From an uncultured virus (IMG/VR IMGVR_UViG_3300031689_000528) (Duplodnaviria > Heunggongvirae > Uroviricota > Caudoviricetes): DNA of 64,000 bases. The stretch is taken from the IMG/VR virus record IMGVR_UViG_3300031689_000528, one strand, 5' to 3'. Of the stretch, positions 56,112-64,000 are shown in pieces (position 1 is the stretch's first letter; the number at the start of each line of letters is the position of its first letter). The notes under the pieces were generated by a model. That model worked only from the letters and a program-made list of their open reading frames with translations. It made no database searches and was not told where the DNA came from. The translations under genes and the position numbers were made by a program.

Positions 56112-56417
56112 ATGAATAAAATAATAACTTTAATATTATTATTCTTTATAACAGCTGTATATGCAAACACAAAACTTTACACAGGTGGTGAAAAGTACGA
56201 AGAAGATAAAGTGATTGCATTAACATTAACAGCCGGCGGTCAGCGAATTGAATACGTATACAAAGAAACTTTAGGCCAATGCTTAAAGTCTAAAAGAATA
56301 GCAGACAGAGAAGTAAATGGCGAAAGAGTAATCTTTGCTTGTGAAATAGTCAAAGGACTATTACAAGAAGACAAACAATCCAAATATGGTATAAGATTAT
56401 TAAAAATAATAGAATAA
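56112..56417 (+). CDS. putative secreted protein
   Basis: Signal-peptide-like N-terminus; two Cys. Confidence 0.6.
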   Translation: MNKIITLILLFFITAVYANTKLYTGGEKYEEDKVIALTLTAGGQRIEYVYKETLGQCLKSKRIADREVNGERVIFACEIVKGLLQEDKQSKYGIRLLKIIE

Positions 56418-56430
56418 CAAAGGAAATAAT

Positions 56431-57030
56431 ATGGAAGATGTAAATTTAATATGGGAACTAATGATGAAATTCTGGCAGTTTACTGTATTAGGACTATTGA
56501 TAATAATTGGTGGTCTAATAAACATATCGGATAGAATTAATCTTAAAGGTAAAGTAAGAAACTTTAAGTATGACGAGTATCCACATATGCAACCAATCAA
56601 AATTAACACAGCAGGTAAGGGTTTTTGGGGAGCAATATGGTTATGGATGACCTCTGTAAGAAAATGGAAAGTTGCGAAAGATTTTAAGTTTGAATTAAGA
56701 GGTGACTCATACATCATACCTGAAGGCTTTGTATTTGATGGTGCAAGTGTACCAAAATTTCTTGCTTCATTTCTATCTCCAGTAGGTGTACTACTTATTG
56801 GTGGATTAGTACATGATTATGCTTATAAGTTTTCTGCTTTAAGAACCTTCAACTCTACCAAAGGTGCAATGTTACTTTTAGATAAAGCTGAATGCGATAG
56901 AATTTTTAGAGATATTAACATAGAAGTTAACGGATTTCATCTACTAAACTATTTAACCTACTGGACTTTAAGAGGTTTTGGTTTCGTGGCTTGGAACAAA
57001 CACCGAAAGGTGAATGCCAAAATAAAATAG
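56431..57030 (+). CDS. DUF1353-like protein with N-terminal TM segment
   Basis: IPEGFVFDGASVP, VHDYAY, DRIF. Confidence 0.75.
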   Translation: MEDVNLIWELMMKFWQFTVLGLLIIIGGLINISDRINLKGKVRNFKYDEYPHMQPIKINTAGKGFWGAIWLWMTSVRKWKVAKDFKFELRGDSYIIPEGFVFDGASVPKFLASFLSPVGVLLIGGLVHDYAYKFSALRTFNSTKGAMLLLDKAECDRIFRDINIEVNGFHLLNYLTYWTLRGFGFVAWNKHRKVNAKIK

Positions 57031-57040
57031 GAGAACACAT

Positions 57041-57202
57041 ATGATTAATCACATAAAAGAAAGATGTAAAGAACTATCATCACTACATGGTGGTGTTTTA
57101 ATTGCATTAGGACTAGTAGTCTTATTTGCAAGTCCAATTGCTAAACTAGCGGCTTGGGCTGCTATTGCTTACGGAGCATGGGCTATCTGGAAAAAGGACT
57201 GA
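57041..57202 (+). CDS. 53-aa two-TM protein (holin candidate)
   Basis: AGGAG RBS; two hydrophobic segments and a basic C-terminus; not in the ORF track. Confidence 0.55.
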   Translation: MINHIKERCKELSSLHGGVLIALGLVVLFASPIAKLAAWAAIAYGAWAIWKKD

Positions 57203-57211
57203 ATATAATCC

Positions 57212-57679
57212 ATGATAGGATTTAGATTATTTTTTATAGGCATAATCGCCAGTGCTATATTAGGTGCTGGTGTTTATGTTATGAAGTTACAAAAAGATAA
57301 CGCTATCTTAAAAGGTAATGCTATCAAAATGGAATCAGCAATCGCTGATCAACAGAGTTTAATCGTAAGTCAAAAGAAAGACTTTAATGATATACTAGAC
57401 GCTAACAAGAAGATGAATGAGTTAGTTACTAATTTAAAAAGAGATTTAGATGAACTAGATAAAAGGTTCGGTAAAAAGAATAGAGACATTGGCAAACTGG
57501 CAATAGAAAGAACAGGTGCCATTGAAAGAGTTATTAATAAAGGAAGTGACAATGCTACACGATGTATTGAGATCGCAAGTGGGTCACCTCTAACAGAGGA
57601 AGAAAAGAATGCAACCAAGAAGACACAGATTAATCCTGAATGTCCTAGTCTTGCTAACCCTAATTACGTTCCTTACTAG
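57212..57679 (+). CDS. inner-membrane spanin-like protein
   Basis: N-terminal TM plus coiled coil; 3' end overlaps a lipoprotein gene. Confidence 0.55.
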   Translation: MIGFRLFFIGIIASAILGAGVYVMKLQKDNAILKGNAIKMESAIADQQSLIVSQKKDFNDILDANKKMNELVTNLKRDLDELDKRFGKKNRDIGKLAIERTGAIERVINKGSDNATRCIEIASGSPLTEEEKNATKKTQINPECPSLANPNYVPY

Positions 57680-57986
57680 TTGTAGTAGCGTAAAGAAGTT
57701 AAGCATATTTAAAGAAGAGGTGCCAAGAGCACAGCTTAATTTAGATAAACCTACGGCATTACAGTTAGAAAAAATCAAATGGATTATTATTACCTCTGAA
57801 AATGCTGATGAAGTCTTTAAAAAATTAGAAGAACAAGGTCTAGATAAAGTATTATTTGGTCTTACTGATAAAGATTATCAATTAATATCAAAAAACTTTG
57901 CACAAATAAGAAATCAACTAGCGATTACCAATGATTTATTGGATAAGTATAAAGAATATTATGAAAAAGAGGAAGAATTAAAGTAA
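57609..57986 (+). CDS. outer-membrane lipoprotein (o-spanin-like)
   Basis: Lipobox LTSC after a hydrophobic signal. Confidence 0.55.
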   Translation: MQPRRHRLILNVLVLLTLITFLTSCSSVKKLSIFKEEVPRAQLNLDKPTALQLEKIKWIIITSENADEVFKKLEEQGLDKVLFGLTDKDYQLISKNFAQIRNQLAITNDLLDKYKEYYEKEEELK

Positions 57987-58150
57987 TGGATTTAGATTTT
58001 GCAGCTCAGTTAATGAGATTATGGCCACTTTTCTTAGGTTTCATAACCCTAGTGATAGTACTTGCTAAAATGCATGCTACAATACAGGTATTGGAAGAGA
58101 AAGTAAAGGTTGCCTTTCAATTAATCAACAAATTATCAGACAGAAAATAA
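57986..58150 (+). CDS. 54-aa membrane protein
   Basis: TAATG-coupled ORF with TM segment LWPLFLGFITLVIVLA. Confidence 0.5.
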   Translation: MDLDFAAQLMRLWPLFLGFITLVIVLAKMHATIQVLEEKVKVAFQLINKLSDRK

Positions 58151-58260
58151 ATAATTTTCATGGGAAACATCAACCTAATATTACTTACATTGGTATTAGT
58201 TTTGTTCTGCTGGGAACTTTACAAAATTTGCAATAAGTTATAGAATAACGAATCATTTAT

Positions 58261-58268
58261 TATAAATA
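58261..58268 (+). promoter_or_regulatory. late promoter TATAAATA heading the curli-like operon
   Basis: Exact consensus about 25 nt before csgF. Confidence 0.7.
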
Positions 58269-58292
58269 TTCTTATCAATAAAGGGAAAACTT

Positions 58293-58748
58293 ATGAACAA
58301 ATCAATAGTAATAGTGGCAATTTTAACACTCTGTACACAGGTAGCTGCGTCAGAATTGACATTTAAATTCAACAGTCCATCGTTTAACGGAAATGGACAA
58401 TCATCACACTACTTAACTATTGAAAATATTGAAAAGACTAGACGAGACGCCCTTATAGCAAAGAAAAAAGCAGACGCTAAAGCACTTAAAGATGAAATTA
58501 ATGGCACAGCAGTTGCTAAATTCAAAGCAAATTTAGAGGCAAGATTTTATACTGCTCTTGCAAAACAAATTACAGACAACGTATTTGGTGCTGATGGTCT
58601 TCAACAAGACTCAGGTACATTTACAGGTACAAATGGCGAAACAGTTGCTTGGGTAACTCCTGCAAATACAGGTAACGTTGTTGTAACCGTAACAGAAGCA
58701 GACGGAACTGTAACAACATTTACAATGCCTAAAGAGGACAACAGTTAA
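58293..58748 (+). CDS. csgF: curli assembly protein CsgF-like
   Basis: Signal peptide followed by SELTFKFNSPSFNG (CsgF N-terminal F.NP.FGG-like). Confidence 0.8.
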   Translation: MNKSIVIVAILTLCTQVAASELTFKFNSPSFNGNGQSSHYLTIENIEKTRRDALIAKKKADAKALKDEINGTAVAKFKANLEARFYTALAKQITDNVFGADGLQQDSGTFTGTNGETVAWVTPANTGNVVVTVTEADGTVTTFTMPKEDNS

Positions 58749-58749
58749 T

Positions 58750-59751
58750 ATGAATATTACATTAAGAAATATAGCAATAATTTTATTGTTATCTATTTTT
58801 GTATCAGGTTGTTCATCTACAATGGCAAAAAAAGGTTATTTAAAAACACAATCAATTGCCTTTAAAGAGTTAGAAACAATCACACAACCAGAAGGTTCTC
58901 CTATTATCATAGCAGTTTACGACTTCAATGATATGTCAGGTCAAAAGAAACCAGGTGGTAACTATGCTTCAATGTCAAGTGCCGTAACTCAAGGATCATA
59001 TCAAATACTAATCAAAGCATTGCAAGACGCAGGTCATGGTAAATGGTTTAGAGTGGTAGAAAGACATAGTTTAGCAAGTTTATTACAAGAAAGAAAACTA
59101 ATTAGAACTACTAGACAAATATCAGATGGTGAACAAGCAGAGTCATTACCAGCTTTACTATTCGCTGGTGCATATGTAACCGGTGGTATTGTAGGATATG
59201 ACAGTGATGTTATGTCAGGTGGTGCTGGCGCTAGAGTATTAGGTCTACAAGCACACAAAGAATACAGACAAGATATTCTTTCTATAATGTTAAGATTAAT
59301 TAATGTACAAACAGGTGAAGTTATTATTTCTACAACTATTGAAAAAACAATTTACTCAACAAGTACCGGTGCAGATGTCTTTAAATATTTTGACGCTGAT
59401 ACAATGTTAGTAGAGATAGAAGTAGGTTATTCTAAAAATGAACCAGTTACTTTTGCAGTAAGAAAAGCAATAGAAGCAGGTGTTGTATCTTTAATTAAAC
59501 AAGGTGCAGAGTTAGATTTATGGAAATTTGGAAAGACAGCTGAAGAAATGTCTTTAGAAGCAGAACAAAAAATGACACAAGAATTAGATAAAAAATCTGA
59601 AGCGAAAGAATTAAAAGCACTAGAAAAAATAGTGGAAAAAGAAGAAGTTAAAAAACTAGATGATGAACTGACACAGGAGGAAAGTACAGATGAAGAAGAC
59701 ACTACTACTACTACAGTTGTTGCTGATCCTAGTTCTCAACACAGTAACTAA
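58750..59751 (+). CDS. csgG: curli secretion channel CsgG-like lipoprotein
   Basis: Lipobox VSGC; IAVYDFNDMSGQKK, SSAVTQG, WFRVVER, LLQERKLIR, GGAGAR. Confidence 0.92.
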   Translation: MNITLRNIAIILLLSIFVSGCSSTMAKKGYLKTQSIAFKELETITQPEGSPIIIAVYDFNDMSGQKKPGGNYASMSSAVTQGSYQILIKALQDAGHGKWFRVVERHSLASLLQERKLIRTTRQISDGEQAESLPALLFAGAYVTGGIVGYDSDVMSGGAGARVLGLQAHKEYRQDILSIMLRLINVQTGEVIISTTIEKTIYSTSTGADVFKYFDADTMLVEIEVGYSKNEPVTFAVRKAIEAGVVSLIKQGAELDLWKFGKTAEEMSLEAEQKMTQELDKKSEAKELKALEKIVEKEEVKKLDDELTQEESTDEEDTTTTTVVADPSSQHSN

Positions 59752-60811
59752 TATCACATACGCAGACAGTTCTGGTAATAATGCATACATTTTACTAGAT
59801 GATAGTTCTGGTGCAGGTGCCGGAGAAACAGTTTACATAAAACAAGAAGGGTATGACAATTGGATTGGCAGTTGGACTAATAAACAATTTGAAATTACAG
59901 GCACAGGAAACACCGTCAATATCGTACAGATTGGATTTACCAACGACTTTGAAGATTACTCCTCATTTGATTGTACTAATTGTACTTTAGATGTTAATGT
60001 TAAAGGTAGTAATAACGCTGTAGGAATAGACATGGACGACACCGGCGACTCAGGTTGGTGGATAGATATTGATATTAGAGGTGGTGATAACCTAGTTTTA
60101 GTCAGCGATACTCCTGATGGTAGTAACGTAGCAAATCAAAACTATGATATTGATATTGATGGTACTGATAATCAAATGGAGTTTCATGTTAGGAACGGTT
60201 CAGGTGGTGGTCACTACCTATATGCCTACATTTTTGGTGATGATAATCATGTAGAGTACTACATGGGAGATGGTTCTGTAGGTAAGAATACAACAGCCAA
60301 TGCAGCCATAGGTCCTTACAATTCAATCAGTCACTCTCAGGTAGCAAATAAAAGTTTAGCGTCAATTGATTTTTACATAATTGGATCTAGTAACAATATA
60401 AAAACAGAATCAAGAGGCGAAACTAATTACATGCTTATTGAATTATTTAATGGTTCTTCAAACAATGCAATTAGACAATCTCCTGTTGGTAATAGTGCAG
60501 GCTTTGAAAAAGTAATGCAATTTGGTGATAACAATGAATTAGCGTTAAGATTAAACGGCAGTAATAGTTTAATTGGTATATATCAACAAGGTAACAATAA
60601 CATTATGAATTTAAATTATACCACTTCAGGTGCTACATTGTATACTTCACAAACAGGTGGTAACAATACGGCTAATGTAACTGTAACTGGAGATAGTATT
60701 TACGATTATACATTAAACTTCACACAAGACGGTTCAGATACTTGTACATATTCTTTCAATAGAAATACACAATCAGCTGATGTAACAGCAACAGTAGCCA
60801 ACGGTTGTTAA
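59690..60811 (+). CDS. secreted curlin-like beta-solenoid protein
   Basis: Signal peptide; repeated I.Q.G..N / I.G..N units (QEGYDN, QIGFTN, QFGDNN, QQGNNN, QTGGNN). Confidence 0.7.
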   Translation: MKKTLLLLQLLLILVLNTVTNITYADSSGNNAYILLDDSSGAGAGETVYIKQEGYDNWIGSWTNKQFEITGTGNTVNIVQIGFTNDFEDYSSFDCTNCTLDVNVKGSNNAVGIDMDDTGDSGWWIDIDIRGGDNLVLVSDTPDGSNVANQNYDIDIDGTDNQMEFHVRNGSGGGHYLYAYIFGDDNHVEYYMGDGSVGKNTTANAAIGPYNSISHSQVANKSLASIDFYIIGSSNNIKTESRGETNYMLIELFNGSSNNAIRQSPVGNSAGFEKVMQFGDNNELALRLNGSNSLIGIYQQGNNNIMNLNYTTSGATLYTSQTGGNNTANVTVTGDSIYDYTLNFTQDGSDTCTYSFNRNTQSADVTATVANGC

Positions 60812-60812
60812 G

Positions 60813-63182
60813 ATGAAAAAGTTTTTAACAATAGTATCAGCTCTGATACTTTTTACAACCCAAGCATTTGCTATTCCAGTAGTAGGTACTGTTTATCAAA
60901 AAATGGGTACAACATGGGTTGAACGTGATTCAAATAACATAACCATTCAAAATTCAGGTTTTGAATTATACATGGAGGATTTCTTACAAACAGGTGAGGA
61001 TGGTGCCATGAATATTGAGTTTGTTGATGGTACAAAATTTACACTTTCTCCTAATAGTGAAGCAATCATAGATCAATTTGCTTTTGATACAAGCGTTATA
61101 CCAATAGAAATTGCTATGGCCGTAGATATTAATGTAGGTTCTTTTACATATGAATCCGGTAGTATATCAAAAATGGGTGGTGAAGTAAAGATTAGTACAC
61201 CATCAGCAACAGTCACAGTTCAAGGTACTGCTTTTTCAGGTAACGTTGATGTAAATGGTAGAACAACTATTACATTGTTACCAGATAGTACAGGTAATGT
61301 AGGACGAGTTACAGTTAGAAACGAGGCAGGTTCAAGTACAATAACAAGAGCATACACAGCCGTTACAGTACTTTCAGATAGTTTAAAACCTTCTTTTCCA
61401 GACCCTCTATCTACTAACGAAAGAAAAAAATTGTTTGATTTAGATACAAACGAAGAATCAATTGAAGATAAAATAGACGATCAAAGAGATGGAAAAGAAA
61501 GAATAAAAAAACTAAAACAAATTGAACTACAAAGTAAAAAAAATAAAGAACCACTTGAACAAGTTGAAGAAGTCATAGAAGAACTAGAAACACAAGAAAT
61601 TAAAGAAATTGAACTAGATACTTTTGATGTACAAGAAGAATCAAAAGACAACTCTATTGAAATGAAAGAAGAAAACTTTGATGTAGAAGTTACTGCTGAA
61701 GAAGCTGGTAATCTTGAACAAGATTTAATGACCGAAGAACTTACAATTGTTGAATCAACTTCAACAGAGTCAATTGTAATCGTTGAAGATTTTAAAATAG
61801 AATCAGAACCTCTAGTAAATACTACCGAAATATCAGAGGATATTATTACAGATGATTCAGTTAATACGGAAGTTGATACATCATATTACGATCAATGGGA
61901 CGACAATGCCTATGACTCTGAATACGGATGGGTAGATGAGAATGACCAAGTAACTGTTTGGGATGCCAAAGGTGAAACTAAAATGAATTATGAAGATAGT
62001 AAAAAGATGTATGCAGAAATGGACAAAGCATATATGAAGGCTATTGGTTGTGAAAATAATTGTAATTGGGAAAGTATTGATTGGGACAGTATTGATTGGG
62101 ACGATGTTGATTGGGATTCTTTATCTCAACAACAAGACGCTACAATGTCAGCATATGGTTTAGATACTGATTGGAATCAATATAATGATGAAACTAAAAA
62201 TGATGAACTTAATGTTACAGATGATGTATTTGTTGATATTGAAAAACTTGAAGGCGACATAACATATGAAGATGATATGGATAGTTTTAACAATGAAGAT
62301 GATACAAACAGCACAGAAGCAAATTTTGAAGATAACAATAACAATTACTATTCAGGATCAGGTCCTTACGTGGTGACAGGTAAAGAGGATTGGTGTGATC
62401 CAACTTGGTGTACACAGCAATACATTGATGAAACTAATGAATGGAATCAAATGGATTGGGATTTAAATACAGAATATGATTCATGGACAAAGGAATCTAA
62501 AAAGTTATTTGATAAATTACACTTGCATTGGTATGGTGATACAACAGAAGCTCCGAAACCTTGGACAATATCAGCACTAAAAAATAAGTACATTAATGAT
62601 TGGGGTTGGGCTGATTGGGATATCTTTTGGGATGCTTTTGATGAATGGCAAAACCAAGGCGCATATGATAACTGGGAATCTGACTATGAAGAATTAAGTT
62701 TAGTAGATCAGTACTCATTTGAAACAGATGAAATTGATGATTGGGAAAAAGATTATTTAGCAAATCTTCAAACTGAATCTGATTGTATATACTCTGGTTA
62801 CTATTGGGATAAAAGTAATAGCATTTGTGGTACAAAATGGGTTGATAATACAGGTGTTACCACTAAAGTAAAAGCAACTGGTGAAATAATTAACTATTAT
62901 ACAGGTGATATAACTCAAACGGTGACAACAACTACAAATGGTGTTTCATCTTCGGTAACAAATACAGGTAGATATTCAACTTTTGATAATACAGCAAATT
63001 TTTCAGTTCACTCTGGCGACAACGGTTATAAAAGAATGGATAGAATATTTGACAATCATAGAGTATATCTTACTACTAACTCTCTTGAAAATTTTGATAT
63101 TATGGTAATACAAGGAATAGAAACTCAGGCTTTAGTAGCTGGATCTAATGGTGCTAAGGTTACAATAATCCAGTCTAAATAG
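60813..63182 (+). CDS. secreted FecR-domain protein with a long acidic Trp/Asp-rich extension
   Basis: LQTGEDG...FVDGT...STPSATVTVQGTAF FecR-like motifs. Confidence 0.75.
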   Translation: MKKFLTIVSALILFTTQAFAIPVVGTVYQKMGTTWVERDSNNITIQNSGFELYMEDFLQTGEDGAMNIEFVDGTKFTLSPNSEAIIDQFAFDTSVIPIEIAMAVDINVGSFTYESGSISKMGGEVKISTPSATVTVQGTAFSGNVDVNGRTTITLLPDSTGNVGRVTVRNEAGSSTITRAYTAVTVLSDSLKPSFPDPLSTNERKKLFDLDTNEESIEDKIDDQRDGKERIKKLKQIELQSKKNKEPLEQVEEVIEELETQEIKEIELDTFDVQEESKDNSIEMKEENFDVEVTAEEAGNLEQDLMTEELTIVESTSTESIVIVEDFKIESEPLVNTTEISEDIITDDSVNTEVDTSYYDQWDDNAYDSEYGWVDENDQVTVWDAKGETKMNYEDSKKMYAEMDKAYMKAIGCENNCNWESIDWDSIDWDDVDWDSLSQQQDATMSAYGLDTDWNQYNDETKNDELNVTDDVFVDIEKLEGDITYEDDMDSFNNEDDTNSTEANFEDNNNNYYSGSGPYVVTGKEDWCDPTWCTQQYIDETNEWNQMDWDLNTEYDSWTKESKKLFDKLHLHWYGDTTEAPKPWTISALKNKYINDWGWADWDIFWDAFDEWQNQGAYDNWESDYEELSLVDQYSFETDEIDDWEKDYLANLQTESDCIYSGYYWDKSNSICGTKWVDNTGVTTKVKATGEIINYYTGDITQTVTTTTNGVSSSVTNTGRYSTFDNTANFSVHSGDNGYKRMDRIFDNHRVYLTTNSLENFDIMVIQGIETQALVAGSNGAKVTIIQSK
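62067..62120 (+). repeat. 15-bp imperfect tandem repeat encoding W(E/D)SID/WDDVD
   Basis: tgggaaagtattgat-tgggacagtattgat-tgggacgatgttgat-tgggattct. Confidence 0.8.
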
Positions 63183-63186
63183 ATAT

Positions 63187-64000
63187 ATGATTAAATTTAC
63201 TTCCGTATGGGCAGTAATAGTAAGTGTAGTAATTCTATTAGGAATAAAACTTTATAATCCAATACCTCTACAAACACTACAACTAAAAACATTTGATTTA
63301 TACCAACAGTTTGGTAATAATTACAAATCTAAAAGTTTGGTAATGTTAGACATATCAGATGAGGCATTAGTTAAAGAAGGACAATGGCCATGGAAAAGAG
63401 ACAAACTAGGTCGTGCCATAGTTAATGCATATAGAAACGGTGCAGCTCTAGTATTTCTGAACGTAGTATTTGTACACAAAGATAGACTTGGTGGTGATGA
63501 AATGTTTTTGAAGATGATCTCCAAATATCCAGTTATACTAACTGAAACAGATCAAGCAAAGAACTTAATTGCCATAGGGAGGAGGGCACTAGCAGTCGCT
63601 AACGTGGAAGTGGCAATAAGTGTTGACAATGTTATACGAAAATTACCTCTGGATAATTCCGTGCCTAAAAAGATTTTAGATATTATTAAGTTTAAAGTAC
63701 CTAATCAGGATGAAATATGGATTGATTTCAGACACCACGTACCTAGAGTAGATTATGCAGATAAAGATTGGTCGTCTATGAAAGGTAAGATAGTATTCAT
63801 AGGTGCTACGTTTACAGGTTCTACTTTTGTACAAACACCTAATGGTTTAATGAACACACATGAAATCATGGCAGTATCAACAGAGACCTTACTATCAGGT
63901 AAGTTTATAACTAGACCAGATTGGACACCTATTGCAGAGTGGATTATATTAATACTAGCATTAACTTTCTTTATACTTGTTATGCCTAGAGTTGGTCTAC
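63187..64000 (+). CDS. CHASE2-domain membrane sensor (truncated; a cyclase domain may follow)
   Basis: N-terminal TM, LDISDEAL..EGQWPWKR, DRLGGD, GKIVFIG, TPNG; runs off the window; absent from the ORF track. Confidence 0.85.
   Translation, partial: MIKFTSVWAVIVSVVILLGIKLYNPIPLQTLQLKTFDLYQQFGNNYKSKSLVMLDISDEALVKEGQWPWKRDKLGRAIVNAYRNGAALVFLNVVFVHKDRLGGDEMFLKMISKYPVILTETDQAKNLIAIGRRALAVANVEVAISVDNVIRKLPLDNSVPKKILDIIKFKVPNQDEIWIDFRHHVPRVDYADKDWSSMKGKIVFIGATFTGSTFVQTPNGLMNTHEIMAVSTETLLSGKFITRPDWTPIAEWIILILALTFFILVMPRVGL

Noticed and set aside
982..63524. The many minus-strand ORFs in the supplied track
   Set aside because: Nearly all are antisense shadows of well-supported + strand genes and lack recognisable motifs
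1..64000. Alternative genetic code or stop-codon recoding
   Set aside because: Core genes are full length under the standard code, end in TAA, TAG or TGA, and no suppressor tRNA is present

Overview
A 64 kb AT-rich segment of a T4-like myovirus genome with essentially all genes on the + strand. The host is most likely an alphaproteobacterium of the SAR11/Pelagibacter type; this is inferred from a permuted alphaproteobacterial-type tmRNA, bS21 and a csgF/csgG curli-like operon, which resemble HTVC008M-like pelagimyophages. Gene order: packaging and head/tail module (gp16-gp23, gp3); uvsY/uvsW, gp55, gp47/46; an accessory block (peptide deformylase, DruA/DUF4338-like, VWA+AAA, bS21, peroxiredoxin); replisome genes (gp45/44/62, regA, gp43, uvsX, gp41) interleaved with a RimK-protease fusion, tmRNA, ferredoxin, a GNAT-like protein, MT-A70 and a second DruA-like gene; a late block of nucleotide-handling enzymes, several with T4-like capsid-targeting N-termini; virion and lysis genes; and csgF-csgG-curlin-like-FecR-CHASE2, truncated at the window end. 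There are three tRNAs (Gly-GCC, a strongly non-canonical Gly-TCC, Thr-TGT). The best leads are: (i) a possible Gly-tRNA-dependent DNA modification system, (ii) a possibly virion-delivered ligase/kinase/NTase/phosphatase cluster, (iii) a two-piece tmRNA within a translation-support set, and (iv) a structured RNA after bS21 plus an antisense promoter near uvsW. All family calls come from motif recognition by eye; no database searches were run.
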